DNA of 15,728 nucleotides from a virus: the IMG/VR virus record IMGVR_UViG_3300045988_122962, positions 1 through 15,728 of that record. One strand, 5' to 3'. Below, one piece after another: positions 1 through 7,316 of this stretch (position 1 is its first letter; the number at the start of each line of letters is the position of its first letter). The notes below the pieces were generated by a model. It was not told the DNA's origin, made no database searches, and worked only from the letters and a program-made list of their open reading frames with translations. The position numbers and the translations under genes were made by a program.

Positions 1-55
1 CGATCGCCATTCCTCGCAGAGACGTATCCAGGAGGTTGATGCGCGTGCGCTCGAT
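1..55. repeat. Terminal direct repeat, copy 1 (circular-closure overlap)
   Basis: Bases 1-55 (cgatcgccattcctcgcagagacgtatccaggaggttgatgcgcgtgcgctcgat) are identical to 15674-15728. A minus-strand reading frame continues across the junction. Confidence 0.95.
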
Positions 56-547
56 GGCCTGTCGGGAGAGCTCGGTGTAGCCACCGAACGTCTTGATTGG
101 CGTCGAGCGCTTCTTGGTGGTGACCTTACCGAGCACGAGATCACTGCCTTCGGTGGCCTGCTCGTTCACGGCCAGCGTGTTCGTCGCGAGCTCGGTGAAA
201 TCGAGCTCCATTCCCTCGGAGGGCAGGGGACCGGTCGAGAACAGCCCTGCGAGGATGTTGGGCTTGTCGACAATGCGAGTCAGGTCCTTCACCCATTCGG
301 GGTAGACAATCGTAGCATCTGCGCCCGTCGTCGCGCCGTTGAAGGCTCGCGTCTGGAGGCGAGAGATTTCCTCTCGGTAGGCTTCGTCGGTCAGGAGGGC
401 CTTCAAGGCCGCGCCGGGGCTTCGGGTGTCGGCGCGAGTCTCGGCGGGAGTCATATCGGCGAGAGCGGCGCGCTGTTCGATTGCGGTCAGGTCGGCGCGC
501 AGGTCGGCGAGGTCGGAGGCGAGCGCGTAGGCGGGCGTTTCAGTCAT
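1..547 (-). CDS. Major capsid protein, N-terminal part, with candidate independent start ATG at 547-545
   Basis: I checked every in-frame triplet from 547 to 2 by hand and found no stop. The sequence starts MTETPAYALASDLADLRADLTAIEQRAALADMTPAETRAD... (coiled-coil, delta-domain-like) and continues ...TFGGYTELSRQAIERTRINLLDTSLRGMAIAAGQ into 15683. A capsid-only product would be 547+542 = 1089 nt, or 362 aa. Confidence 0.85.
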   Translation of the reverse strand, partial: MTETPAYALASDLADLRADLTAIEQRAALADMTPAETRADTRSPGAALKALLTDEAYREEISRLQTRAFNGATTGADATIVYPEWVKDLTRIVDKPNILAGLFSTGPLPSEGMELDFTELATNTLAVNEQATEGSDLVLGKVTTKKRSTPIKTFGGYTELSRQAIERTRINLLDTSLRGMAI

Positions 548-1045
548 GATTTTCCTTTCGGTTTGGGTTTGTTCGTTGCGGACTTCGGTAATCGCCGCGT
601 TGTGATACGCGGGCCAGGGGACAAGCGAGACTTCACGGAGGGCGAGCGTCTTGATTGTCGTGTGGGTGCCCTTGTCGTCTTCGCGCGCCTCGGTTTCGAG
701 GGGCATGAATCCAATGGACAGACGGTCAATTACGCCGTCTCGCACGAGCTCGTATGCGTCTCGCGCGGTTTGGGTATCGGAGAATCGCGCGGCGACCTCG
801 ATGCCTGCCTCTGTTTCGAGTACATCCGTGATGAGGCCTATCGGCTCGTCGTGCCTGTACACGAGCTTCAGGCTGGTGTCTGATTCGTCGCGTGGCGCGA
901 GGGCACCCGGCGCGATCGTCTCGAAATACCCGTCAAATAGCTCGATTTCGACGCCGTAGGGGACGGCGAGGCCGCGCACGGTGCGCGGTTCGTCGGTTTC
1001 GCGCCCGGCGGCTACCTGAAATTCGCGTGTCTGGAGATCATTCAT
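548..1045 (-). CDS. Prohead (capsid maturation) protease domain, HK97/S78-type, in frame with and uninterrupted from the capsid gene
   Basis: ATG at 1045-1043 overlaps the portal stop (ATGAATGA). My translation is MNDLQTREFQVAAGRETDEPRTVRGLAVPYGVEIELFDGYFETIAPGAL...LVYRHDEPIGLITD...DGVIDRLSIGFMPLE...LREVSLVPWPAYHNAAITEV. The RHDxPIG, LSIGF and EVSLVxxPAY motifs are typical of HK97 gp4-family proteases. There is no stop codon between 1045 and 547 (checked triplet by triplet). Confidence 0.8.
551..559 (-). promoter_or_regulatory. Internal Shine-Dalgarno-like site (GAAAGGAAA) upstream of the capsid ATG at 547
   Basis: The minus strand reads GAAAGGAAAATCATG. The AAGGA core lies 5 nt before the ATG. 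The same motif precedes independent genes here (GAAAGGACCTACAGATG at 6803, TGAAAGGAACAGGAACAATG at 8873, AAGGAAGGACTAGTCACATG at 9220). Confidence 0.55.
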
Positions 1046-2174
1046 TGGACGTGTCCTTGATGGGGTCGGCGGCTGGGTCGTTGATGCCTTCGATGAGGCG
1101 CGCGTAGGCGGGCGAGTAGATTCCCGCCTCGATAGCTGTCTTGTGAGTGGCCATGCGCGCGGATGGATTAGCGCGCAGGAGCGCGTCCAGGTTAAATCGA
1201 ACGATCGTTCCACGTGGCAGGATAGCGGTGAGCGTATCCTCAATCTCACGCAGGTAGGCCATGAGCGTCCACCGGATGAAATCGGTCGCTGCATCGTTCA
1301 CGTTTTGGTAGGTGAGGCTGGAGCCGTTGACGGCTGCGAGGAGCATGTGCGCCGGTATGCCGAACATACGCCCGACAGAGAGAACGTCGAACGCGCGGGA
1401 TTCGAGGAATTGGACTTCGCTCGGTGTGAGGTGAAGGGGCGAGTACTTGAGGCCAGCGCCGATGACGGCGACGCCGCCGTCATGGCTGTTCGACTCGTTC
1501 CACGCGCGTTTAGCCTCTTTGGCTTGGGCGGCTGTGATCGGCTGCTCTGTCGACAGGACGCCGGTCGGGACGCCGCCGCCGCTCGTCCACTGGGAGGCAT
1601 ATGCAGCCATGTCGCGCGCACCCTGGAGCGATCGCGCGCACGCCTGGATTGGCCCGAGGCCTTCGGCCTGGCCTGGCACATAGGTCAATCGCAGGTGACG
1701 CAGGTCGTTGGGTTGCCACGTGCGCGATCGCCATTGGACCGTGCGCTCACCCGTTTCACGGTTCAGGTTCGGGACACACTCGGTGGGGTCGAGCACACGC
1801 AGTGAGTTGACACGTCCGTCGCGGTTCCGCCCCACGAGCCAGTATGCGTTTCCACGTAGGGCGAGACTGGCGATAGTCTCGGCGATGAGCGACGTTACGG
1901 TCAGACCGGGTCCCGGCGTCGAGATGATTGTCGGGATGTCTGCGCCTTCGAGCTGGATGCCGTCGCGCCACGCATCGAGGCTGATTTGCTTCCCCGCCGA
2001 CTGGAGGACAGTCACGGCGCGGTAGACAGAATCGATTGCGAGCGCGCCACGCTCGTCGATCGCGCTTGCGGCGCGGCGCGGCGGCGGCGTGATGCCCGGG
2101 AGCACGGGCGCGCCCCCGTCGTCGCGGCGAAAGCCCATGAGTGATGCGATTGAGGCCATAGGCTGATTATGCAT
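1038..2174 (-). CDS. Portal protein (HK97-family type)
   Basis: The long ORF is 1038..2195. The motifs ...LRGNAYWLVGRNRDGRV...GGVPTGVLSTEQPITAAQAKEAKRAW...FLESRAFDVLSVGRMFGIPAHML...YQNVNDAATDFIRWTL... resemble HK97-type portals, and the gene sits between terminase and protease. I prefer ATG 2174 (AGGGAGGG, then an 8-nt spacer) over the TTG at 2195. Confidence 0.85.
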   Translation of the reverse strand: MHNQPMASIASLMGFRRDDGGAPVLPGITPPPRRAASAIDERGALAIDSVYRAVTVLQSAGKQISLDAWRDGIQLEGADIPTIISTPGPGLTVTSLIAETIASLALRGNAYWLVGRNRDGRVNSLRVLDPTECVPNLNRETGERTVQWRSRTWQPNDLRHLRLTYVPGQAEGLGPIQACARSLQGARDMAAYASQWTSGGGVPTGVLSTEQPITAAQAKEAKRAWNESNSHDGGVAVIGAGLKYSPLHLTPSEVQFLESRAFDVLSVGRMFGIPAHMLLAAVNGSSLTYQNVNDAATDFIRWTLMAYLREIEDTLTAILPRGTIVRFNLDALLRANPSARMATHKTAIEAGIYSPAYARLIEGINDPAADPIKDTSNE

Positions 2175-2212
2175 GACTGTTGCCCTCCCTGCCAATTAGG
2201 TGCGACACGTCA

Positions 2213-3619
2213 CTAGTAGATTTGTATCCCCGCGCGCGGCTGGCACGCTGCCCACACGGCGGCGGCGGCGGCTCGGAGTGAGTCGATAGGTCGAGGTGAT
2301 TTCGCGGCGTCGAACGCCTGCACGCCGGATAGCTGTCTGAGCACGACGGCTCCAAGGGCATCATACAGCTCTTGATTTGGGTGATGGACGATGCGCCGCG
2401 CTCGGATGCGGTCGAGCATGAGTTGACATGCCGTCGCGTAATCGCGAGTCGACAGAGTCACGATAGGCTGCCCGGCGGCTTCGAGGTCGGCGGCCAGAGT
2501 TCTCGTCGGCCCCGCCGCGTCGCACCCAATCCACTGATAGCCCACATCCTGCATCTCGGAGATAGCGGACTGCACCCAATCTGTTCCGGGGCCGGACGCG
2601 ATAACGGCAAGGCACACGTCGCCGTCGCCGTCGAGCCAGGCGGCGACGATGGACGCGCCGCTTCTGTCGCTTGCCAGATCAACGCCAACGCAGACGCGCG
2701 ACGGGTCAGGGACCGTCGCAAGTAGCTCGGAGTCCTGGAGAGACGCCCAGACGGTCATGTCAACAACGGCCTCGTCAGTTACCGTTTCGAGGTTGAGAAT
2801 CGAGCGTCTCCAGGCGGCGAGGCTATCACCTTTGAGCGCTCGGATTTTATCGGCGGTCTGGGTATGTCCAAGTGCCGGGTGGAATGAAAGCGTCTCGTCA
2901 CTGTAGGGGTCGGCCTCGGCGGCGGCCTCGTCTGCGCTCCACTCGAAATAGCACATGCGAGAGTTCGGATTGCTAACTGATTCCCGACCCTGTCGAATCA
3001 GCTCATTCAGATACGCGGATTTGTCCGTGCCTTTTGTTGAGACAATCCAGAGTTGCGAGTCTTTAATCGTGAGCTGAGTCGGGTTGATAGCTGTTTCGAG
3101 TGCAAGGCCAGAATCGGCGTCGAAAGCCCACGCCTCGTCTACTGTCACGAGGTGGAGTGAATCGCCGTGAATTGACTTGGGGGTAGGTGCGAATGGCGAA
3201 ATGAATGAGCCACGCTTCAAGTACTCGGTTCTCTCTGCCCCCTGGGAGGCATAGACCCTGAAATAGCCGGGTTTTTTTTCAGCTCCCAATGCGGTATTGA
3301 TTTGCTTCCATCGTTTCCGGGCGTCTTTCCCGGTTTGAGCTGTCATTAGAATTTCATGACGATTGTACGCCATCATACGATCAACCATAATGGCACGCAA
3401 TAGGAATGACTTCCCGGCTTGGCGCGGTACGGTGACGACAACGACGGGATACCTCCAGGCCCCCGGGTCGTTCGGGTCGAGTTCGAGGGCAACGTCGGCA
3501 ACCTGTCGCTGCCAAGGCATGAGCGAGCCGCCCAGGAAAGCGGCGGTTGCGGCGATGCGGGCACCGAACGTTGGGTTGTCCGTGTTGCGCCGCGTTGCAT
3601 ACTTCGGTTCGGCGCTCAT
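2213..3619 (-). CDS. terL: Terminase large subunit
   Basis: 468 aa. It has a Walker A-like VTVPRQAGKSFLLRA, a Walker B-like LHLVTVDEAW, and a C-terminal nuclease-like region (VCVGVDLASDRS...). It lies upstream of the portal and its start overlaps the upstream gene's stop (ATGA at 3619-3616). Confidence 0.9.
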   Translation of the reverse strand: MSAEPKYATRRNTDNPTFGARIAATAAFLGGSLMPWQRQVADVALELDPNDPGAWRYPVVVVTVPRQAGKSFLLRAIMVDRMMAYNRHEILMTAQTGKDARKRWKQINTALGAEKKPGYFRVYASQGAERTEYLKRGSFISPFAPTPKSIHGDSLHLVTVDEAWAFDADSGLALETAINPTQLTIKDSQLWIVSTKGTDKSAYLNELIRQGRESVSNPNSRMCYFEWSADEAAAEADPYSDETLSFHPALGHTQTADKIRALKGDSLAAWRRSILNLETVTDEAVVDMTVWASLQDSELLATVPDPSRVCVGVDLASDRSGASIVAAWLDGDGDVCLAVIASGPGTDWVQSAISEMQDVGYQWIGCDAAGPTRTLAADLEAAGQPIVTLSTRDYATACQLMLDRIRARRIVHHPNQELYDALGAVVLRQLSGVQAFDAAKSPRPIDSLRAAAAAVWAACQPRAGIQIY

Positions 3620-3948
3620 GATGCGGTGAGGGCGTCGCGGGTCAGCTCGGCGAGAGCGGCGTCGAACGCATCGAGCTCGCGGTCGGTCCCCTCGGCGGGG
3701 CGAGGCAGGCTATCGAGTGATTCAAGGACATTCTTCAGGACGTTCGAGGTCGCGACGCTTGGCGCGCCGCCGTTGAGGCTTCGGTCGAGCGCGGCGGCGG
3801 CCTTGATGAGCGCGGCGCGCTTCGCACGCTCGATCGGTCCCAGGACGCCCTTGGCGTCGAGGTCGTCGAACGCCTCGCGGACCGCGGCTTCAATGTCCCC
3901 CGTAGGCGGCGGCGCGACGGGGAACAGTTCGTTAGTCATTTCGTGCAT
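3616..3948 (-). CDS. Putative terminase small subunit (assigned by position)
   Basis: A 110-aa helical, acidic protein immediately upstream of and translationally coupled to terL, and the first gene after the largest non-coding gap. No motif was recognised unambiguously. An alternative start is ATG at 3939. Confidence 0.45.
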   Translation of the reverse strand: MHEMTNELFPVAPPPTGDIEAAVREAFDDLDAKGVLGPIERAKRAALIKAAAALDRSLNGGAPSVATSNVLKNVLESLDSLPRPAEGTDRELDAFDAALAELTRDALTAS

Positions 3949-4060
3949 GTCGGGGTCTTTCGTGGTTGGTGCGACTGGTTTTGGGCCAGTTTATATCCGA
4001 GCCGGGGGGAATAGGAAGATGGGGGCGGGGACTTCCCGGCGCCGATTCTAAAAAATTTTT
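3949..4060. other. Largest non-coding region; candidate cos/packaging site and late-operon control region
   Basis: A 112-bp gap lies between the HNH endonuclease stop and the putative small terminase start. It contains G/C runs (G6 at 4004-4009, gggggcgggg at 4021-4030), an AT-rich patch (tttatat around 3990-3997) and the left half of a palindrome. Confidence 0.4.
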
Positions 4061-4072
4061 TCAAATCGGCGC
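4039..4072. repeat. 34-bp near-perfect palindrome with an A6T6 core
   Basis: gcgccgatt-ct-aaaaaatttttt-ca-aatcggcgc. The 9-bp GC-rich arms (4039-4047 and 4064-72) and the A6/T6 core (4050-4061) are self-complementary, with two central mismatched pairs. It overlaps the HNH stop codon (4063-4061). Confidence 0.8.
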
Positions 4073-4360
4073 GGACAGGCCGGGCCATTGGCCAGAGCCG
4101 GACCAGGCGCGGCGAGGTCGCAACGCGGCGGCGGGTTTGTCCTGTCTTTTGCAATTGCATTGGAGATGGGCTGGACGGAGGTTGTCGATGTCGTCGCTGC
4201 CTCCCTTGGACCGGGGGATGACGTGGTCAATGCTGAGTCCGAGCGGCGCGCGTCTGGAGGCTTGCATATCGATCGGCTGTCCGCACAGCCAACACACTGT
4301 GCCGTAACGTCCGATCACCTGGTTAGCGAGGCGGCGAATCTTGGAGCCAGCCCAGGTCAT
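4061..4360 (-). CDS. HNH endonuclease
   Basis: The internal ATG at 4360 (ATGA overlap with the upstream gene's stop) gives 99 aa: ...GTVCWLCGQPID...LSIDHVIPRSKGGSDDIDNLRPAHLQCNCKR. This is a classic Cys-pair plus H-N-H motif. The longer 4061..4477 ORF overlaps the previous gene and was trimmed. Confidence 0.9.
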   Translation of the reverse strand: MTWAGSKIRRLANQVIGRYGTVCWLCGQPIDMQASRRAPLGLSIDHVIPRSKGGSDDIDNLRPAHLQCNCKRQDKPAAALRPRRAWSGSGQWPGLSAPI

Positions 4361-4599
4361 TGCTCGTGCTTCCTCGGGGCGGGGGCGGTGGGGTAGGTCG
4401 AGGCTATTTCGTCGCGCATGGCCCTGGCCAGGGTGGCGATCTGGAGTGCCATCCCGGCGAGCTTGAATTGCGGGCAAGACATGCTGTAGGGCGTGCGTCC
4501 GTTTAGCTGCTCATGTGCGCGCATGGCGGCGGCCTCGATGTCAACTGCTATGTCTGCGACGACGGCGCGAGGGTCTTGGGAGATGGGCGAGTTAGGCAT
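4357..4599 (-). CDS. Hypothetical protein (80 aa)
   Basis: The ORF fills the gap exactly. It overlaps the upstream gene by 8 nt and the HNH gene by ATGA. No family was recognised. Confidence 0.6.
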   Translation of the reverse strand: MPNSPISQDPRAVVADIAVDIEAAAMRAHEQLNGRTPYSMSCPQFKLAGMALQIATLARAMRDEIASTYPTAPAPRKHEQ

Positions 4600-5605
4600 T
4601 GAGCATGAGTTCCTTTGCCTTCGGGTCAGACAGATTCAGGCGCGCCCACGAGCGATAGTGTGCGTCTGGGTACGTCGCGTGCATGTATTCGACGTAGGCG
4701 GGCGGGAAGACAGATTCGGGATTATCGCTGTGTCTGCTTTCCTCTTCCTCTTTGCGCCGCCGCTCGGCGGCGGTTCTCTCTGCATCTGCTACATGCTGCT
4801 GGCGCATGATGGCCTGGTATTTGCACTGATTACAGCGGTCGGGGCTAACAGTGCCATGAGTGCATGTCGTGGCGAGGTAGGTCATGTACGACGGACGGTA
4901 CTTCACTTCGGTAATCTTTCGGCTCGAAATTTTCTGTTCACAGGATGGATGAGGGGCGGCCTTGGCAGCCCCCTCTTCCTGTAGGGAGGGAAGGGGCGTA
5001 CTCATGTCCACATGAGTCGCAATCGGCTTTGGCCGGGCCGCGTTTCGTCGAAGTCGGTAAAGCTGGATGCGGGCGCGCGTCGCGGCGTTGCGCGCGCGGT
5101 CTTCGGCGTCGGAGGCGCGGCGGAAAGCCAGCGTCCAGTCAACAAGGACGCGCTTAACCACTTTGATGACGCCAACCGTCGGCACGCCCATTCGGATGCC
5201 TCCCCGGTGCCATTCGATCACGCCAGCGTCTTCGAGCCACTGGAGGCAGCGCGAGGTGTGACGGAGCGAGTAGCCCGATCGCTTTGCGAGCTGACGTGCG
5301 GTGGTTTGGACGACGGCTGCGAGGTCGCTGCGGGTGTCGTGCGCGAGGATGGCGAGGGTGTCGAGGATTGCGCGCGAGGCTGCGAATTCGCGTCCCCTGA
5401 GCGGTCCCCACCCGATTCGAGACAGGGCGGCCAGGATGGACGTGAAGCTCATGCCAGCGTTGAGGACGCCGCCGCGCGCTTTGGGCGCTGGCACATGCGC
5501 CGGGTTGGCGGCGGCGTCCCCGGTTCGGGGGCCTCGGATAGCGTCGCGCGCGGCGGCGATAAAGTCGGCGCGTTCCTGCTCGGTCCAAGCGGCGACGGCG
5601 CTCAT
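4592..5605 (-). CDS. Winged-helix DNA-binding protein with a Cys cluster; candidate replication initiator
   Basis: 337 aa. The central segment TTARQLAKRSGYSLRHTSRCLQWLEDAGVIEWHRGG looks like a winged-helix domain. Downstream is TTCTHGTVSPDRCNQCKY (possible zinc ribbon) and a basic/acidic tail. It is the only large early protein, and the function is inferred. Confidence 0.8.
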   Translation of the reverse strand: MSAVAAWTEQERADFIAAARDAIRGPRTGDAAANPAHVPAPKARGGVLNAGMSFTSILAALSRIGWGPLRGREFAASRAILDTLAILAHDTRSDLAAVVQTTARQLAKRSGYSLRHTSRCLQWLEDAGVIEWHRGGIRMGVPTVGVIKVVKRVLVDWTLAFRRASDAEDRARNAATRARIQLYRLRRNAARPKPIATHVDMSTPLPSLQEEGAAKAAPHPSCEQKISSRKITEVKYRPSYMTYLATTCTHGTVSPDRCNQCKYQAIMRQQHVADAERTAAERRRKEEEESRHSDNPESVFPPAYVEYMHATYPDAHYRSWARLNLSDPKAKELMLNA

Positions 5606-5805
5606 GAGTGCGTTTCCACCATATAGCGGATTGCAACTGTCACATAGCAGTGCAGTAGCTTGATCTTTTGAGCGCGGTCTTTCGGGCGCATACGCTTAGC
5701 GCCGGTTACTCCCATGTTGGCGGCGTCCTCGGCGAGCTGGAGGCTCACGGCCTGTGCTTTGCGCAGTAGCGAACGGACGATAGCTGCATCTGAATTCGAG
5801 ATCAT
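5602..5805 (-). CDS. Hypothetical protein (67 aa)
   Basis: The internal ATG at 5805 forms ATGA overlaps at both ends (5805-5802 and 5605-5602). The sequence is MISNSDAAIVRSLLRKAQAVSLQLAEDAANMG... The 134-aa extension (to 6006) overlaps two better genes. Confidence 0.55.
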   Translation of the reverse strand: MISNSDAAIVRSLLRKAQAVSLQLAEDAANMGVTGAKRMRPKDRAQKIKLLHCYVTVAIRYMVETHS

Positions 5806-5999
5806 GAATCTTGCTCCTCGTGCTTGTTGGCCTCGTACCGATGTTGCCAGACGCACGAGGCGATGGCTGCGACAGTCAGTGTCGGGACGGTGACTGGCCA
5901 CGGCAGGTACATTGTCACACATGCGATAAGCGCGGCGGTGAAGGCCGCGATTGTTATGAGCGCGGCGGCGAATTGAATCCAGTCGATGCGGTATTTCAT
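5802..5999 (-). CDS. Small membrane protein (65 aa, two predicted TM helices)
   Basis: Two hydrophobic spans are present: WIQFAAALITIAAFTAALIACVTMY and VPTLTVAAIASCVW. ATGA overlaps occur at both ends. Confidence 0.65.
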   Translation of the reverse strand: MKYRIDWIQFAAALITIAAFTAALIACVTMYLPWPVTVPTLTVAAIASCVWQHRYEANKHEEQDS

Positions 6000-6412
6000 T
6001 CTTCATCCTCCAGATTGAAGGCGGATTCCAGGTTGGCTGTCATGCGCTCCAAGTTTCCGTGCATGACGGATAGCTCATAGCCGACAACCTCGAAGGTTGA
6101 GCTATTCAACTGGTCAATGATTTCGTTGAGCGATTCCTTTAGCTTGCGCAGCTCGTCGGCGGTCTGCTTTGCTGATGCGCTCATGAGCGTGGTCTCATCG
6201 CGTGTCTCAACTGTCAGACGAATGGGAACACCGGCGGCGGCGAGCTGTTCGAGGTCTGCGAGCGCCCACCGTGTTTGTCCCGTCATGCATCGGCTTAGCT
6301 TATTAGGCGAGAAGCCAGCGCGCACGGCGAACGTTGTCTGACTGACGCCTGAACGCTTGATATGCGCTCGGACCGCATCTGTGATCTTGGTCTGGTATCC
6401 CATGCGTGACAT
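5996..6412 (-). CDS. Helix-turn-helix DNA-binding protein with a C-terminal coiled coil
   Basis: VSQTTFAVRAGFSPNKLSRCMTGQTRWALADLEQLA resembles an XRE/Cro-type HTH. The C-terminal half is heptad-like (ELRKLKESLNEIIDQLN). Confidence 0.75.
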   Translation of the reverse strand: MSRMGYQTKITDAVRAHIKRSGVSQTTFAVRAGFSPNKLSRCMTGQTRWALADLEQLAAAGVPIRLTVETRDETTLMSASAKQTADELRKLKESLNEIIDQLNSSTFEVVGYELSVMHGNLERMTANLESAFNLEDEE

Positions 6413-6422
6413 GATAGGTCAT

Positions 6423-6803
6423 TTAATTGGTGTAGGCAAGTTCTGGCTTGGTCCCCGTCATGCGCTCGATCTCGGTGCGCGCGCGTGCGACGGCGGCGAG
6501 GTGTGCGCTCCACGGGAGCGCGGCGGCCATGTCGGGGCGGCGTCGGCGATACGCGCTCTCGGAGGGCTCAACGCGGATGACATCGCCCGTTAGGATGTGC
6601 GCTTCAATGCACTCGCGTTCGACGGCTTTAGCTGTCGATTCGAGCCGGTCGAGTAGGGCGAGGATTTCGTCTGGGTTCCCGGGCGCGCGCGCGGCGCGCT
6701 CGTAATTGGAGATAGAACGTTGAGTCACGTTGATGAGGCGCGCTAGGTCGGCTTGTGAGATTCCTAGCGCGCATCGGCGGGTGAGCAATTCGGCGGCGAA
6801 CAT
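6423..6803 (-). CDS. XRE-family helix-turn-helix transcriptional regulator
   Basis: LLTRRCALGISQADLARLINVTQRSISNYERAARAP is a textbook HTH_3 pattern. The RBS GAAAGGA lies 8 nt upstream of ATG 6803. Confidence 0.85.
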   Translation of the reverse strand: MFAAELLTRRCALGISQADLARLINVTQRSISNYERAARAPGNPDEILALLDRLESTAKAVERECIEAHILTGDVIRVEPSESAYRRRRPDMAAALPWSAHLAAVARARTEIERMTGTKPELAYTN

Positions 6804-6825
6804 CTGTAGGTCCTTTCTTCGATTA

Positions 6826-6860
6826 GAACGGCCCCGCCCAGGTGAGAGGCGGGGCCGTTC
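6826..6860 (-). terminator. GC-rich hairpin (13-bp perfect stem, 9-nt loop), terminator/attenuator-like, no U-tract
   Basis: gaacggccccgcc (6826-6838) pairs perfectly with ggcggggccgttc (6848-6860). It sits between the stop at 6871 and the start at 6803. On the minus strand it is flanked by a TCTAATC direct repeat. Confidence 0.6.
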
Positions 6861-6870
6861 TCGGATTAGA

Positions 6871-7284
6871 TCAGTCGTTGAAGTACTTCGCCGCGCGGTC
6901 GGGGTCGATCGCGTCGAGGACCGTAACGATTGCGTCGAGGGAGGCGTCGCCGGGCGTGAGGCTGACGGCCTCGCAATCTGCGTAGATGCGGTTGGCCATA
7001 CGGTCGGCGGCCAGCGCGTCGGTCACGCCGTTGATAATCGTCGCGCTTTCGGCGCGGAATCCGTTCGCGGCGAGGTAAAGCCCGGCTTCACCGCTGGAGT
7101 GGTAACGGGCGGCGGCCTCGTACAGGGACTCGCGCAGTTCGATCGCTTCGGCGTCGTCGCCGGGAATCGCCTTCGCAAAGTATTCGGCGATGTCTTCGCC
7201 GTCACTGGCCTTGTCGAGGATGAGCGCAGGCGCGTAGCCCTTGTTGCTGTTCTCGTCGGTGATCCAGGTGATTGTGTTGGACAT
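6871..7284 (-). CDS. Acidic hypothetical protein (137 aa)
   Basis: The reading frame is clean, with RBS GCGAAAGGCAAGACAATG. By my count it has 25 Asp+Glu and 10 Lys+Arg. No family was recognised. Confidence 0.75.
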   Translation of the reverse strand: MSNTITWITDENSNKGYAPALILDKASDGEDIAEYFAKAIPGDDAEAIELRESLYEAAARYHSSGEAGLYLAANGFRAESATIINGVTDALAADRMANRIYADCEAVSLTPGDASLDAIVTVLDAIDPDRAAKYFND

Positions 7285-7316
7285 TGTCTTGCCTTTCGCT
7301 TGTCCGGTGGGCTGTT

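Noticed and set aside
1-55. The 55-bp terminal repeat read as a biological direct terminal repeat or att site.
   Set aside because: It lies inside the capsid coding sequence, and the ORF is only intact if the copies are merged. A length of exactly 55 matches a common assembler k-mer overlap. A true DTR cannot be formally excluded without reads.
1143-1805. Long plus-strand ORFs opposite the annotated genes (for example 1143..1805, 3419..4051, 4493..4984, 5012..5626, 6730..7386, 7989..8513, 11861..12409, 12909..13343).
   Set aside because: All lie antisense to minus-strand ORFs with recognisable phage protein motifs. Their translations are Arg/Gly/Pro/Ser/Ala-rich low-complexity strings typical of off-frame reading of GC-rich coding DNA. 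They have no convincing RBS or family motif.
3272-3279. T8 homopolymer (A8 on the coding strand, GCT GAA AAA AAA CCC) inside the large terminase, considered as a frameshift, pseudogene or slippage site.
   Set aside because: The frame is intact across it and encodes a plausible AEKKPGY. It is worth checking only as a sequencing-error hotspot.
6804-6870. TCTAAT hexamers flanking the 6826-6860 hairpin, considered as -10 elements of a promoter for the XRE gene.
   Set aside because: No acceptable -35 lies at the right spacing (that position falls in the GC stem), and the second position deviates from the TANNNT rule. They are retained only as a flanking direct repeat.
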